This document shows positions 1 to 12,609 of a DNA stretch of 64,000 nt, piece by piece. How positions within the stretch are numbered: the stretch's first letter is position 1; each line of letters starts with the position of its first letter. Below the pieces are notes generated by a model, which saw only the letters and a list, made by a program, of their open reading frames with translations, made no database searches and had not been told where the DNA came from. This DNA is from Octopus sinensis. Taxonomy: Eukaryota. The stretch is from positions 45,446,001 to 45,510,000 of the forward strand of contig NC_043007.1 in assembly GCF_006345805.1 (NCBI RefSeq), read 5' to 3'. A program made the position numbers and the translations under genes.

Positions 1-593
1 GCAGAAGATTTTATGTCTTTAGTCAAGAGAGAAGGCAGTAGATATATCCCTATACAGGGTCCTCAAGACAGGCGATGGCGGTATGATAAGCATCCAGAAA
101 TCTGGTTCAAATGCTTGTAACACACATGGTCCTCGTAGTTATGAAGAGATATGTCAAGACTTAATTAACTGCGCAAAAATTTTATCCATCTCTCATTCCA
201 CGAAAATAATAACTGTACATACAGACAACATCGATAACGAAAGTGATTTCATGAAACTTTGAAAGTGACCTACTCACTAAATTTCCGATTCTAGCCATAT
301 TAGAATACAACAATAGACATCAGGAAACGTCCATAGCAAAATCCTCAGGCACTGCCGAATTCAAACAAACCGGAAATGATAGGAGTACAAACCTGAAATA
401 AATAAATAAATATATAAATCATGACGTCAAAATATTTTCAGACATTATTAAATATAAAGAGAGAAATACAATGTACAATAAACAATACCACCCAATATAT
501 ACATTGTGTTCTTGATTTATATACACACATATAAGTGTAAATGGTACTGAAAATACGATACACACATGGCTATTTGTCTGTCTGCATGTCGGT

Positions 594-812
594 ATGTATG
601 TATGTATGTATGTGTGTGTGTATGTATGTGTGTGTATGTATGTATGTATTTATGTCATTATTCTAGATTTCTTGCCAATAGAGAAAGAACCGCTTTCTAA
701 CCTAGATCCAAGGTTCCTTCATTGGAATTACATCAACAACAGGTTATTTCTGTATGTATGTATGCATGCATGCATGTATGTATGTATGTATGTATGTATG
801 TATGTATGTATG
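594..812. repeat. (ATGT)n arrays enclosing a ~100-bp unique segment (650-751)
   Basis: Tandem ATGT/GT units on both sides of a non-repetitive stretch. Confidence 0.9.
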
Positions 813-1173
813 TGCAAATTTGTATGTTTTTTATATATATTCTCATGCACATAGTTACATATCTAGACATGCTCTATATATTTAAATGATAAATTTCTGG
901 AACATTTTACAGATTTTACAGTTCCAGTGATAGGGTTAGATCTGTAGACTTCGAATTAGCTTTCTCCTTTCTGGTTTTGAGACGCCTAATTTCTCAATAT
1001 TGATATTTAGGCAGTGTGTTACATGTGCCAGAGCCCCAATAATTATGGGTATAAACCTGAACTTGTAATCTGGATAGAGTAACTGCAGATTTCTCTTTTT
1101 CACTGATCTTCAGGTTTATGTTCACATCAGCTGGGTAGCTAATTTCCACAACAGTGCACAGTTTCTCTTCTCT
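812..1173 (-). mobile_element. 5'-truncated 3' end of a restriction-like-endonuclease non-LTR retrotransposon (R4/Dong-like)
   Basis: Minus strand reads KLCTVVEISYPADVNINLKISEKE, then after a frameshift RNLQLLYPDYKFRFIPIIIGALAHVTHCLNINIEKLGVSKPERRKLIRSLQI*, then ITGTV...CKMFQKFII*. This fits the REL C-terminus pattern (E.S.P.D.N...K..EK ... IPIIVGALG ... GT). Both ends abut (CATA)n. Confidence 0.75.
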
Positions 1174-1250
1174 ATGTATGTATGTATGTATGTATGTATG
1201 TATGTATGTATGTATGTATGTATGTATGTATGTATGTATGTATGCATGCA
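1174..1250. repeat. (ATGT)n microsatellite
   Basis: Perfect tetranucleotide array. Confidence 0.95.
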
Positions 1251-1699
1251 TGTACTGATGCCTGAAATGGAAGAAACTAAAATTTAAAGCACTTATTTTT
1301 ACAATGTTACATATTACAAGAACTTTTATGTTTTATAGAGCTGTCATTTAAAAAAATATAAGCAATAAAATTTATTATTAACAATCTTCATATAAATGCT
1401 TATGTAGTAATAGCAACACCGTTGACACTGAGCACGCGCATTCACAGAAATCTTTTAACCAACCACAGGCATTTCAGATAGATAATATTACTACAGTTTT
1501 CAAGTAAAATTAAATTTAAATCAATATTCTTTTTACACTTGTAGTTGTGGTTCTTTTAAACTTTTAATGAACAGAGTATTTATCAAACTGGGTCTATTTT
1601 GATTGAAGTATAGAAGTATTGATTTTCAGACGGAGCAATATTATTATATAACCAAACTACTACTTGTATGCAATCCCTGCATTGCTGTTAGGGAATCGG

Positions 1700-2230
1700 T
1701 AGCTATTGCCACCATCGAAGAGTGGAAGACAATGAACTGAGAAATAAAACGATTGACTAAAGTAAAAAGGAGAAATCGAAGACGACAAACATTTTTTCCC
1801 AAGACTTATAAGGAAAAGAGTTTCCACATCGACGGAACTAGAAAATTTAAGACAAATCCCTTAGAGACTTTCTAGAAACGTATATATTGAAAAGCCTATA
1901 TTCAATAATCGAAACAAAATCACGAGATATGGAAAAGAAGATACACGAAAACCAGAGTGAGAGAGGCGTGTCAAAAATCGCTAAAAGAGTTGAAAATTTA
2001 GAAGATATAAATTAGATCGAGAGGTACGTTTTAAGAACGATAGAAAAGAGTTTTTGAAAATATTACTCGTTATATTTATACATATTGTATGTAAGAGTAG
2101 ATGTGTACCTGACGCCACAGTTAGTGAGATTCAGCTGTGTGTTAACCTGTAATCATGTATGTTGGGTGTACTACACGTAAACACAAAGCAAGCAAAAAAA
2201 AAAAAAAACTGGGAAAATGATAAATAAAAA
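1700..2230 (+). mobile_element. Possible decayed LINE (L1/Tx1-like) ORF2 3' end with A-rich tail
   Basis: Stop-interrupted K/E/R-rich frame (LYSIIETKSRDMEKKIHENQ...IERYVLRTIEKSF) followed by a poly(A)-like run near 2195-2210; no diagnostic motif. Confidence 0.25.
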
Positions 2231-2325
2231 AATCAAAACAGAAAGTAGAAAGTCGAGTGCAAGGCATAAATTTTTAAGTGTAAGTAACGGTTGCACTAAA
2301 TAAAGTTTCTGTGTCTTATAATCAT

Positions 2326-2574
<249 letters not shown>

Positions 2575-2689
2575 TAGTGCAATAGTAGAGTGGGTATTAT
2601 GTCAGATATATAAAAATGAAAATGCAAAGCTGTGAGACTTTCGAATGTACTGTACAGTGGGTGAAATGCGTGTGTCGGTATATGTGTGC

Positions 2690-2698
2690 GAGTAGTAT

Positions 2699-2730
<32 letters not shown>

Positions 2731-2793
2731 CACACACATGTATATGCCTATATATATGCATATGCTGATGCCTATATGTATATATATAAATAC

Positions 2794-2824
<31 letters not shown>

Positions 2825-2830
2825 ATATGC

Positions 2831-2890
<60 letters not shown>
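2690..2890. repeat. (AT)n-rich microsatellite
   Basis: Direct reading. Confidence 0.95.
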
Positions 2891-2894
<4 letters not shown>

Positions 2895-2997
2895 AACACT
2901 TTGTATTCCAATTTCTCAACGGAAACTATATTAAGAGAGACACACAAATGAAAAAATAACAAAATTACATCAAAATTACAAAATATGTAAACTAAAA

Positions 2998-3202
2998 TAA
3001 TGGTTTCAAATTTTGGCACAAGGCCAATAATGTTGAGAATGGGCTAAGACGATTACATCGACCACAGTTTGCAACTCGTACTTATTTTATCGACCCCGAA
3101 GTGATCGACCTCGGCTGTATGTTGAACTCAGGACTCGGAAGACGTGTAAAATGCTGCTAAGCATTTTGTCCCGCGTGTTAACAATTCTCTCAGCTCACCG
3201 CT
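2998..3202 (-). mobile_element. tRNA-derived SINE, family A (head ggcggcgagctggcagaatcgttagc..., body ttcatcctttcggggtcgataaaataagtacc)
   Basis: Reverse complement matches copies at 11005, 42415 and 58868. Confidence 0.8.
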
Positions 3203-3892
3203 GTACATGAACTATAATAGTAACTGTTAACAACGAAAGAGATTTATAATCAGTCGTCACGATTTTATTAGATACAGCATAACTACTATATTCATTTTCT
3301 TCTTTCTACAAATCACGATGTCAACCTGCTACTGTTATACTGCAATTTGAAAATGCGATCGAGAAAGTCTGGAGAGATGCTTTTAGGAAAGTTATTCCTT
3401 TAATATAAATACAAACACCAGTTTCAACTCAAATACAATGTGTGGCTAAATAGCCTCCCAGATTTACTATTCTTGATAAACTTTCCAACAGCAAACACAG
3501 GCTGTGCACCATTTCAAACGATCAAAGAAACTAAAAAATTCACGGTACATTAGCGACAAGAAGACACCTGCTAACGCCAGGTGCACCACATCAACGGCTG
3601 TGAAAAAGAAGTGAGGTATTTCTCTAACATCCTGTACATAAACTGTTATTTAAGAAAATCAAATTCGTATCTTATATGAGAGGATGAGAAGAATACCGCA
3701 TAAGAAAAAACAGTCCATGTCTCGCAATGCATATAAGAGTGTATTACACTCTGTAATTCAAAGGGTTCAAACTCATCAAACACCATGTCACACAAATTGA
3801 ACTTGAGAATTGCATTAAGGATATACGCGTCTATATAATGCTACGTTATTTACACGTTCGTACCGGTGCAAGAAATTCGCTTGATCGAACAA

Positions 3893-4086
3893 TTGGATGA
3901 TTTAAGGTATTTTTGCCCCCTGACATCACAAAATGCGTCTGAATAAACGTTGCCGGACAGCAAATAGAGACTTTGACATTGGTTAGAAAATATTTTTCGT
4001 TTTTAACCTCATATATAGTATACACTAGGGATTTTGACCTTTAAATTTTGGAAGAAAATGCGGATTATACTTGAGGATTTCCGGTA
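3893..4086 (-). mobile_element. One end (~190 bp) of the same Tc/mariner-type MITE family as 6033-6479
   Basis: Reverse complement aligns with 6033-6215, including the TIR TACCG(G/T)AAATCC.C..GTATAATCCGC. Confidence 0.75.
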
Positions 4087-4343
4087 CGTCTGTTTGTACG
4101 TGTGTGTCAGTGTGTGTGTGTATTAAGAAAGGGTATCCGTTTGTTTATCTTCCCATTAATGAGCGATTCGTGGAATAAGTGTGATAGAATACGGAGACGC
4201 AGTACTACCGTAAGCGTAATATAATTTTCCACGTGTAGGCACATTTATATAATTCATGGGACATACATAGTCGTAGATAAACCAGTCAGTTTTCAAGTTT
4301 ATTATAATCACGTGAATTCAATGTAATTTTTCTAGAACGTACC

Positions 4344-4551
4344 ATGTATTGGCTACATGAACCTCTCCTCTTGATTTTCGCAGTTTCATTAATTTTTTGG
4401 CATAAAGGTCTAAACCATAGTGTAAGTACTGTTAGTAAGATTGTATTTGTGAATTCTCTTTCTCCCGAATGTTACGACAAACGCAAACACATGATCAACT
4501 CTTGTGTCGTAGTTGAGGGTTATGCAATTTCTTGCTCAAGAACCTGTAAAG
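4344..4551 (+). CDS. Weak candidate first coding exon (signal-peptide-like N-terminus, Cys-containing)
   Basis: ACC-ATG context, hydrophobic stretch LLLIFAVSLIFW, open to ...SCSRTCK followed by G|GTAACT phase-1 donor; no family motif recognised. Confidence 0.2.
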
Positions 4552-4652
4552 GTAACTTTTGTTTATAGTGTTCAAACATTTATAGTGTTCAAACATTTGT
4601 GCTGTATGTATGTATGTATGTATGTATGTATGTATGTATGTATGTATGTCAC

Positions 4653-4774
4653 GCCCTCCATGAAATCAACATAGCCATTAAAGGTGCACGATGTGCCACA
4701 CATCGGATGTAGGAGTGATCGCAGATCAACGTGAAAGGAACCGTTTTTGTCCAAACGTGAATCGAGACAAGGAT
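4653..4774 (-). CDS. Weak candidate internal exon (D)PCLDSRLDKNGSFHVDLRSLLHPMCGTSCTFNGYVDFMEG
   Basis: TTTCAAG acceptor, open frame phase-compatible with the candidate at 9282-9388; donor (GTGACA) is poor. Confidence 0.15.
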
Positions 4775-5109
4775 CTTGAAATTGTGAGTGCAACACACTA
4801 ACCATTAAGTCACTCACCTTCTACGTACACATGCATACATATTTATACACATATATGTCTGCATATATGTTCGCATATATGTATCTATATATATTCACAC
4901 ACACATACATATTTATACATACATATATACATACATGTATAAGAATTTTTATGCGTATGTATGTATATGTAATATATATAAAATGCATCTATCTACCTAT
5001 CTAGATTACATAAATAGAAAGTTACAAATACACATACACACACTCTTACACACACTCAAACACATATATACATACTCACACATACATACATAATACATAC
5101 ATACATACA

Positions 5110-5145
<36 letters not shown>

Positions 5146-5513
5146 CATGCGTATATGTGCGCACATGTGTATATATGTCAACATTTTTCCTTACGTGCAT
5201 GGGCGTGTTTAGTGTAGTGTTTTAAGTTTTTTCCTGAATGATGTATGTTATATAGTTGTATAGTTCAACTCATCAAACAGAATATATCGCTCTGCAAAAA
5301 AGATAAAATTAGAAGAGACGACAAAAATAGAACTGGAAATAGATAAGACGAAAAGCTGATAAGTTGCAGCATAACAATGTAGGTAGTCTTATAAAATATG
5401 CATCTATCAGACTCTCAATCTATACAGCACAGACGCAGACACACACACGTATACAGCGCGTTGAGTGTGTTTGTGTGTGTGTGTATATATATATATACAT
5501 ATATATATATGTA

Positions 5514-5562
<49 letters not shown>

Positions 5563-5637
5563 TATATATAATATATATATATATGCATACATACATACAT
5601 ATATATATATGTATGTATGTATATGTATGTATGCAAG

Positions 5638-5668
<31 letters not shown>

Positions 5669-6032
5669 GGAGAAAGGCAAAGAAAGAAAGAGAGGGAGAT
5701 ACACACATAGATGTATACGCACACGCACACACACATACGCACACACACAGAGAATCATTCGGCACTCTCACAGGCATATATGTTATTCATTTATTCATTT
5801 ATTCTTTTATAGTTTCAGCAATTGGACAGCGGCGATTGTAGAGCAACGCTTTCAAATGTTTTACTGAACGGATCGACCAGAGCACTTGTAGTCCTTTTCT
5901 TTTTAAAGTCTGGTACGTATTCTATCATGCTTATTCCATGAATCGCTCATTAATGGGAAGATAAACAAACGGATGCCCTTTCTTAATACACATACACACT
6001 GACACACACGTACACACACGTACACACAGATG

Positions 6033-6479
6033 TACCGTAAATCCACGTGTATAATCCGCATTTTTTCCCCCAAAATTTAAAGGTCAAAATTCCCAGTGCA
6101 TAAAAACGAAAAATATTTTCTAAGCAATGACCGTCTCTCTATTTGCTGTCCGTCAATGTTTATTCAGACGCATTTTGTGATGTCGGGCGCGAAAATACCT
6201 TAAATCATCCATAACTTACAGTTAGCAACATTTATTAAACGTTATTACTGTTATTTCTTTATTTTCTGCAAACAAAATGCACAAAAAAGCTACACGTTTA
6301 CAGCATGTTATATATACAATAATAATAAAGGACGTTACCGTATATATTTTTACAAACCAAGGACGTTATATAGACCTCCTTGATTCAAGTTAGAGAAGGA
6401 GGTTTTTCAGAGGTACAGCCCCCTAAAAGTCCCCTGCGTATTATACTCAAGGGCGGGCTATACTCGAGGATTTACGGTA
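6033..6479. mobile_element. Non-autonomous Tc1/mariner-superfamily element (MITE), ~447 bp, TA-flanked
   Basis: Left TACCGTAAATCCACGTGTATAATCCGC versus right-end reverse complement TACCGTAAATCCTCGAGTATAGCCCGC; non-coding interior. Confidence 0.85.
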
Positions 6480-6629
6480 TGCATGCATCCATCCTTACAT
6501 GGATTTTTATTTCTTTTGCCGTGTCTAAAAATGCTGACGCAAGAGAAACGATTGCCGGACTTGTATGATGTAATATTCTACATTCTTGTCGATGTTGCCA
6601 CACACACACATAAACACACACACACATAT

Positions 6630-6790
6630 GAAGCTCAAGTGTGGACACGTGTAAGAAGCTTGCTTCCCAACCACATGGTCCCTGGTTCAGTCCCACTGCA
6701 TGGCACCTTGAGTAAGTGACTTCTTATAGACACGCCCTTGTCATTGGATTTGGTAGAAGGAAACTGATAGAAGCCCATCGTATATATATA
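6630..6790 (+). mobile_element. tRNA-derived CORE-like SINE, family B, 5' half
   Basis: agcttgcttcccaaccacatggt...ggttcagtcccactgc.tggcaccttg.g.aagtg...ggatttggtaga.ggaaactga motif shared with many copies. Confidence 0.8.
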
Positions 6791-6926
6791 TTTACATACG
6801 CAATATTATTACCAGTTAAAACATGCTTGCGACACTTTATAACCCGTATGCAAGCCATTCACTGTGTTTTGTGATGGAGATTATTTCTCGCTGTAGACAA
6901 ATGGTGTAAATACACCAAAATCAGCT

Positions 6927-7016
6927 CGCAGCGCCAACTACCCAGACTGAGGGATGCTAGTATTTCGAAGTGATTATCTCCTCTTCAGTCACAGAAAATA
7001 AAGAGGGTGCGCTGCG
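6927..7016 (-). ncRNA. Type I hammerhead-ribozyme-like motif with extended stem I
   Basis: Minus strand: CUGAAGA-GGAG(AUAAUCA)CUUC-GAAA, near-palindromic stem III AUACUAGCAU, AUC site. Proximal stem I pairs 4/6 (CUGUGA/CCUCAG); distal ACCC/GGGU and CGCAGCGC/GCGCUGCG pair perfectly. Confidence 0.6.
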
Positions 7017-7132
7017 ATCACAAGTAGCGCCAATCAGCGAGCTTGCATACGGTTCGAATGTGCCATAAACATATTTGAACTGATAATAATATTTCATTTA
7101 TAAAAATCACTGCTTAGTGCTCCAACTCCGTA

Positions 7133-7165
<33 letters not shown>

Positions 7166-7249
7166 TGTATGTATGTATGTATGTATGTATGTATCTATCT
7201 ACCTATCTATCTATGTGTGTGTGTGCGTGTGTGTGTGTAACTGTGTGTA

Positions 7250-7470
7250 ACTGTGTGTGTCTGTGATTGTTTCTGAGTTTGTCAGTCATCGCCGTTTGAC
7301 AACCGTTATTGCTGTTTTTATGTCCCCGTAGCTTAGCAGTTCGACGTAAGAAATCGATAACCTAAATATCGGGCTTAAAAAAGAAAGAACTTGGGGCTAT
7401 CCATTCGACTAAAATTTATTGAAGGCTGTGCCCCGGCATGGCGCCAGTCTCACGAATGAAACAAGTAAAT
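7250..7470 (+). mobile_element. SINE family B, 3' half
   Basis: gtttgacaaccg...tccccgtagcttagcagttcg...catggcgccagtc...gaaacaagtaaa tail motif. Confidence 0.7.
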
Positions 7471-7879
7471 GATAAAATATAGAAGACATTTCCCAAGATT
7501 CCAAGTAGTGCAACTGATCCAAAGCCACGTGTCAGAGAAGTAAACTTTTCAATAACACAACCATTCCTGCCTGCACCTATACAGATAGAATATTTCAGTC
7601 TAAGCTTACGTGTACTCAAAAGTTGCTGTTAATTAAAGATCGTGCCAAGTAATCTAGATTTAGAAACATTTTGTCGTTAAAGTAAATATAGAAACACTTT
7701 TGCAAGCGCATGGAGAATTTTCATATGAAGTCTGCTCAATCAGAGCCGGCCTGAGGCTCATCAACAACAGTAACCAAATTAACCGGCACGAATCTGTGGA
7801 CACGCCTTTATATGATCACTCTGAAATAATGCTGCTAATCATTTTGCTCGTCGTGCTAACGATTCTACCAGTTCGCCGC

Positions 7880-8340
7880 CTTAGTCGAATTCAGTATCCA
7901 ACTGGAACTCATTTTATCGTTCCCCGGGAGGATGAAACACAAGTCCCCGGCGGAATTTGAACTCAAAACATAAAGAGGAAAGACATACCGTAAAGCATTT
8001 TGTCATGCGTACTAATGAAACTGCTAGGTCGCCGCCTTAAGTGTGCTTGCAGTGTACTGCAGCCGATCTGTCAACTCCACTTGTCGGAAATCCCACAAAT
8101 GGGTGAGGGCGTGGCTCTCTGTAGTACCATGCACACGCTTTGAACGTTGGCACAAATCGGTAGTTGATGAAATCGTGTCCTGTACCGTACTGGCACTTTA
8201 TTTTAGCGTTCCCGAAAAGGTTAATTGTAAGTCTAACCTAGCTGGGATTTGAACGCAGAATGTAAAGTTCAGAAACGAGTACCACGAGGTACTTTTTATT
8301 TATTTATCCGACACACCAACGTTTCTACCAACCTATCACC
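7880..8340 (-). mobile_element. Two decayed SINE family A copies
   Basis: ggcggaatttgaactcaaaac... and gggatttgaacgcagaatgtaaag... reverse B-box regions. Confidence 0.6.
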
Positions 8341-8484
8341 CTTCTGTACAGTTAGAATAACCATAACTAATTTTATGTAACTTTGTAACTTTTTATTCTT
8401 CATTTCCCTGACCCAATTGTCTACCATCTGTCATAACACGGTAACTTGCTATTGGAATGTTTTTACTAAAATTATTATTATCAT

Positions 8485-8504
8485 TATTATTATCATTATT
8501 ATTA

Positions 8505-8547
<43 letters not shown>

Positions 8548-8580
8548 GTTATTATTATTATTATTATTGTTGTTGTTATT
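8485..8580. repeat. (ATT)n/(GTT)n microsatellite
   Basis: Direct reading. Confidence 0.95.
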
Positions 8581-9281
8581 ATCTTTCTCATATAGCTCTT
8601 TACGTCTTATGCTTTTCTCTAGGTGTTATATTACAGCCACAGTTTTACACCTGACTACCGTAGATTATTTTTATATTATTTTCTACCCCTTTTCTCTGCA
8701 TTATCTGTGTCTCTCTCCCTCTTTCTGTTTCTCTCCCTCTCTCTTTCTGTCTCTCTGTATCTCTGTCTCTCTGTTTTTCTCTCTTGAAGTTTTGAAATAT
8801 ATTAATCTAAATAAAACATTTACATATATTCTTTACTTGATATTTTATTTGTTATTTACTCGAGTCATCATTAAATTTAACACTCGCTTAAATATAGTCA
8901 ACATTCCAAATGCACAAAATGTTTCTTTTCTTATCTGTTTATACACTTCTTTTCTTATCTGTTTATACACTTCTTTTTCATTTTAATTTCTAGCTTCCCT
9001 TCTAAGCAACTAACTGAGAAGATCTTTACGAATTACTTTCAAAGCTCACACTTAGCTGAATGATTTATATCGCTAATGCGCCTGTCACACAGCTTTTCAA
9101 TTCTTCTCCATTTCCATTGCCTCTGTTTTAAAGGCATATGAGTTTTCAAGAATTTTATTTCGGACCATAACTGTGTACGTATGAATAAACGATAAGATGT
9201 GTGTATATATGTGTGATATATTGGCAGTGTACAGGGTAGTTAAAGTGATGGTAGTATACCCTAACCAGTATTTCCCTTTAC

Positions 9282-9388
9282 CTGAATTCGGAGCCCAGCA
9301 GTATGTATAGTCTTTGTATTTACTATACCAAGTTATCCCAGCGTACAGTGTGCGACAGAAAATTGCTCCATATGTTATACAGCCATTG
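9282..9388 (-). CDS. Weak candidate internal exon NGCITYGAIFCRTLYAGITWYSKYKDYTYCWAPNS
   Basis: TGTTACAG acceptor, CAG|GTAAAG donor, 107 bp open frame in non-repetitive DNA; no recognised domain. Confidence 0.2.
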
Positions 9389-9451
9389 CTGTAACACTAT
9401 TGACGTTAGGTAAATGTAAATGCTGTCTTCATGTATCTAATGTATTACAGT

Positions 9452-9849
9452 ATGCCTGTATACCATGCATTTGCACTTGAAAATATTGTGAGCACGTAAA
9501 ATATGAACGATTCCTTGCCACACACTCTACGTTGTTACATAAGAACAATCGAGTTTGTTATTATTGAGACAGCAGGAGAAAGTGGTAGCCTTGAATTTTT
9601 TTAGGTCGCGTGAGAATGATCGGAAGAAGATGTCTTAAAACTGAATACTTTTACCAGGACATTGACAACAGATTAAATGCCCCTAAAGGCAACTCAGTCA
9701 TCAGGAAGTGTTCTTATATCTGTGCAATGAATAAACAGGTATTATCACACATTTATAGAATTATTAATTACGCATTACAGTCTGGCTACGATTTGTGCGT
9801 ATATATGTATATATATATATTCAAGTGCAAATGCATGGTATACAGGCAT
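9452..9849. repeat. Perfect 30-bp inverted repeat pair (9452-9481 / 9820-9849), 338-bp spacer
   Basis: ATGCCTGTATACCATGCATTTGCACTTGAA and its exact reverse complement. Confidence 0.9.
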
Positions 9850-9863
9850 TTAAAACATAATTA

Positions 9864-9899
<36 letters not shown>

Positions 9900-11004
9900 T
9901 GTATGTATGTATGTATGTATGTATGTAGTATGTATGTATGTATATATATATATATACACAGTGTGTGTGTGTGTCTTGTACAAACACTGTGGATTGTCTA
10001 AATGAATAGTAGGAAAATACCTTATAGCATTTAAGTTCCTGTTTCAGACCTGCTCAGATCAATTTTGCTCTCCATCCATCCCAGTAATATAAAATAAATG
10101 ACAAATCATTTCGAGAACCCAGTTGATGTCTACCACAATTTTTTACAAAACACGGACATCGTTTCTTGTTAAATTTCTTTTACTTCTGATAACAAATTTT
10201 CGGGGATTATCATAGTTTCTTATTTGCCCGGAGTTTAATAGTATAAAAATAATTCATGTTTTGATCCTTATGCATCATGTAAACGCCTTGCACCGAATGC
10301 GTGACCTTGTTACTCTGCTAAAAATACATCAAATGAAGAAAATACATGTATTCTTTCTAAGTTGCAAAACTGAAATTGACTAACGTGTTGGAAAGAAAAA
10401 GCATATGTTATTGCTAGGTGTGTGGCATACATATCGAAAAACCATGTCTAAGAAGACGCTACAGGGCTAAAGAAAACATCAACAAAATAAATATAAAAAA
10501 ACAGCAAGAACAGTATAAATAAACAACAGCAATAACAACAGTAATACAGTAATTTCTAATAGTTGGTACAAATCCAAGAATGTTTATGGAGAAAATTATT
10601 GTCGATTAAATGCACACCGATACTTGGCTGGGAATTCGTTTTATCAGCGGTGGATAAAAACCAAAGTTGACCACGGTGATATATAAAGTAAGAATCTAAT
10701 AAGAATTAGCCAGACATTTTCCAGGGTTCTACAAATTCTACAAAATTTTCTATGATGTTCACCAGGTGACACATTTTATAAGAAGAGTATTATCTCCTAA
10801 AGAGAAGGCCTTGTTCTAAGGAAACTAAGGTTTTGTTCTAAAGGTTGTGGGTTCTACTCCTGATCCAGGAGGTAAGTTATGTCAGTAAACATGATGCTTT
10901 TTTCCAGTAGCTCACTCAGATGTTTAAAATGTGTATTAAATGAGTATTAAAATGACAGATTATCAGGTTATGGTCAGATTATTGTGGCAGTTATGGAAAA
11001 ATAA

Positions 11005-11195
11005 TCGGCGAGCTGTCAGAATCGCAAGCACGCCGGGCATTTTTACCTTTTGAGTTCAAGTTTCCTCGAGGTTGACTATACCTTTCATCCTTTCGAGGTC
11101 GATAAAATAAGTACCGGTTGAGTACTGGGGGTCAATGTATTCAGCTTACCCAGTCGCCTGAAGTTGCTGGCATTGTGCCAAAAATTGAATGCAAT
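11005..11195 (+). mobile_element. SINE family A (internally deleted)
   Basis: cggcgagctgtcagaatcgcaagcacgccgggc ... cctttcatcctttcgaggtcgataaaataagtacc. Confidence 0.8.
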
Positions 11196-12427
11196 ATATA
11201 TGAAAGAATAAAAAGAATATTTACAAATAAGATGCCAACTAAAATATTTCAGAATACTTCAGCTCTGACCACGTTTTAAACCACATACTCCTTTGTGCAA
11301 AGCATGGGATTTCCAAACAAACCCAAGAGCATTTTGCAGGAGTCAACCGTGCTGTGAACGGTCCTACATCCTCTACGGTTTGATTATTCAAATGTACATG
11401 GAACATCAGCGTGGACATTATGAACAGTGCTTTGTTTTTCATGTCCAACATATATATTAGCTTGATTTTTCCTCCAGATTTTGCATGGGTCACAATGAAG
11501 TCGTAAGCCTGCTGCGTAGTTGAGTACACGTTTCTTCAATTGCGAGTACTTTGATTCTGTCCTTGTTTCTCTTGCCGCTCCACTCATTTCATTTTCCTGA
11601 TTGTTTTTCGTCTCCTCTGACTCGTCTTACGAGGAACGACGTATCGCTGATTATGATGGCATTCTGTTTAATACTTAGAATCATAAAGTGAGGCCACTTT
11701 TTCAATCATTCCTCGAGATGAAACTAGTGGTTACTTGACAAATCAATTTAGTCTGTCTCAGAACAACCAGCTTTGTCGTGAGAAAAGAAGAGTGCCCTAG
11801 ATTTCATAATGCATAGAGTAGATAGATAAATGTATTTCTCATCTAATTGATTAGATGAAGAAGTGACTGTATGTCTTGTGGATTTGACATAGACTAGTGA
11901 AAAGGACTGGAGGTTATAGACGAGGCTATTTACAGATTTACCATCTTATGGACTGGACAACCCAACCCCACCAAATCATTATTGTAAGGATCGATCTTAC
12001 ATTAATACACACCACACAAACTTATCTCTATACTACATATCAATTTATAGGAAGATAAAGAAATGGCCCATATTCGAGCCTTTTCTCTTTGCTTATTTTC
12101 TTATTCTGTTAGATGATAAGAAGACTAGACTTTTATGTCACTACACAAGTCCTATTCTGCATCTGACTCCTGTCAGCAGACTAAATCAATCGCTTAGGTC
12201 AGAGGTTCTGAATTATTTCTTTTTATCTATGGAGTCGTTTGATTACTATTTTATTTCGATGGACCGCTATAGCCATTCGATGTTTAAAAGTTAGCTTTGT
12301 AGAAACTTCTTGAAAAATACCTAGTTTGCTTCTCACTCATTAACTTGTCTCGGTTGAACTATGTAAAAATGTTAGAGAAAGAAAACTAGCTGTTTCTGGC
12401 AATACATACCGGTACATACGTCTAAAG

Positions 12428-12514
<87 letters not shown>

Positions 12515-12609
12515 ATATATATAAACATATATATAATAACAATTTAATAAATGAAACATATGCATACATACATACATATATGTACGTACCTACATCTATA
12601 TGTATATAT

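Noticed and set aside
1-400. Protein-like fragment at window start
   Set aside because: Stops in all frames and no diagnostic motif; cannot be classified.
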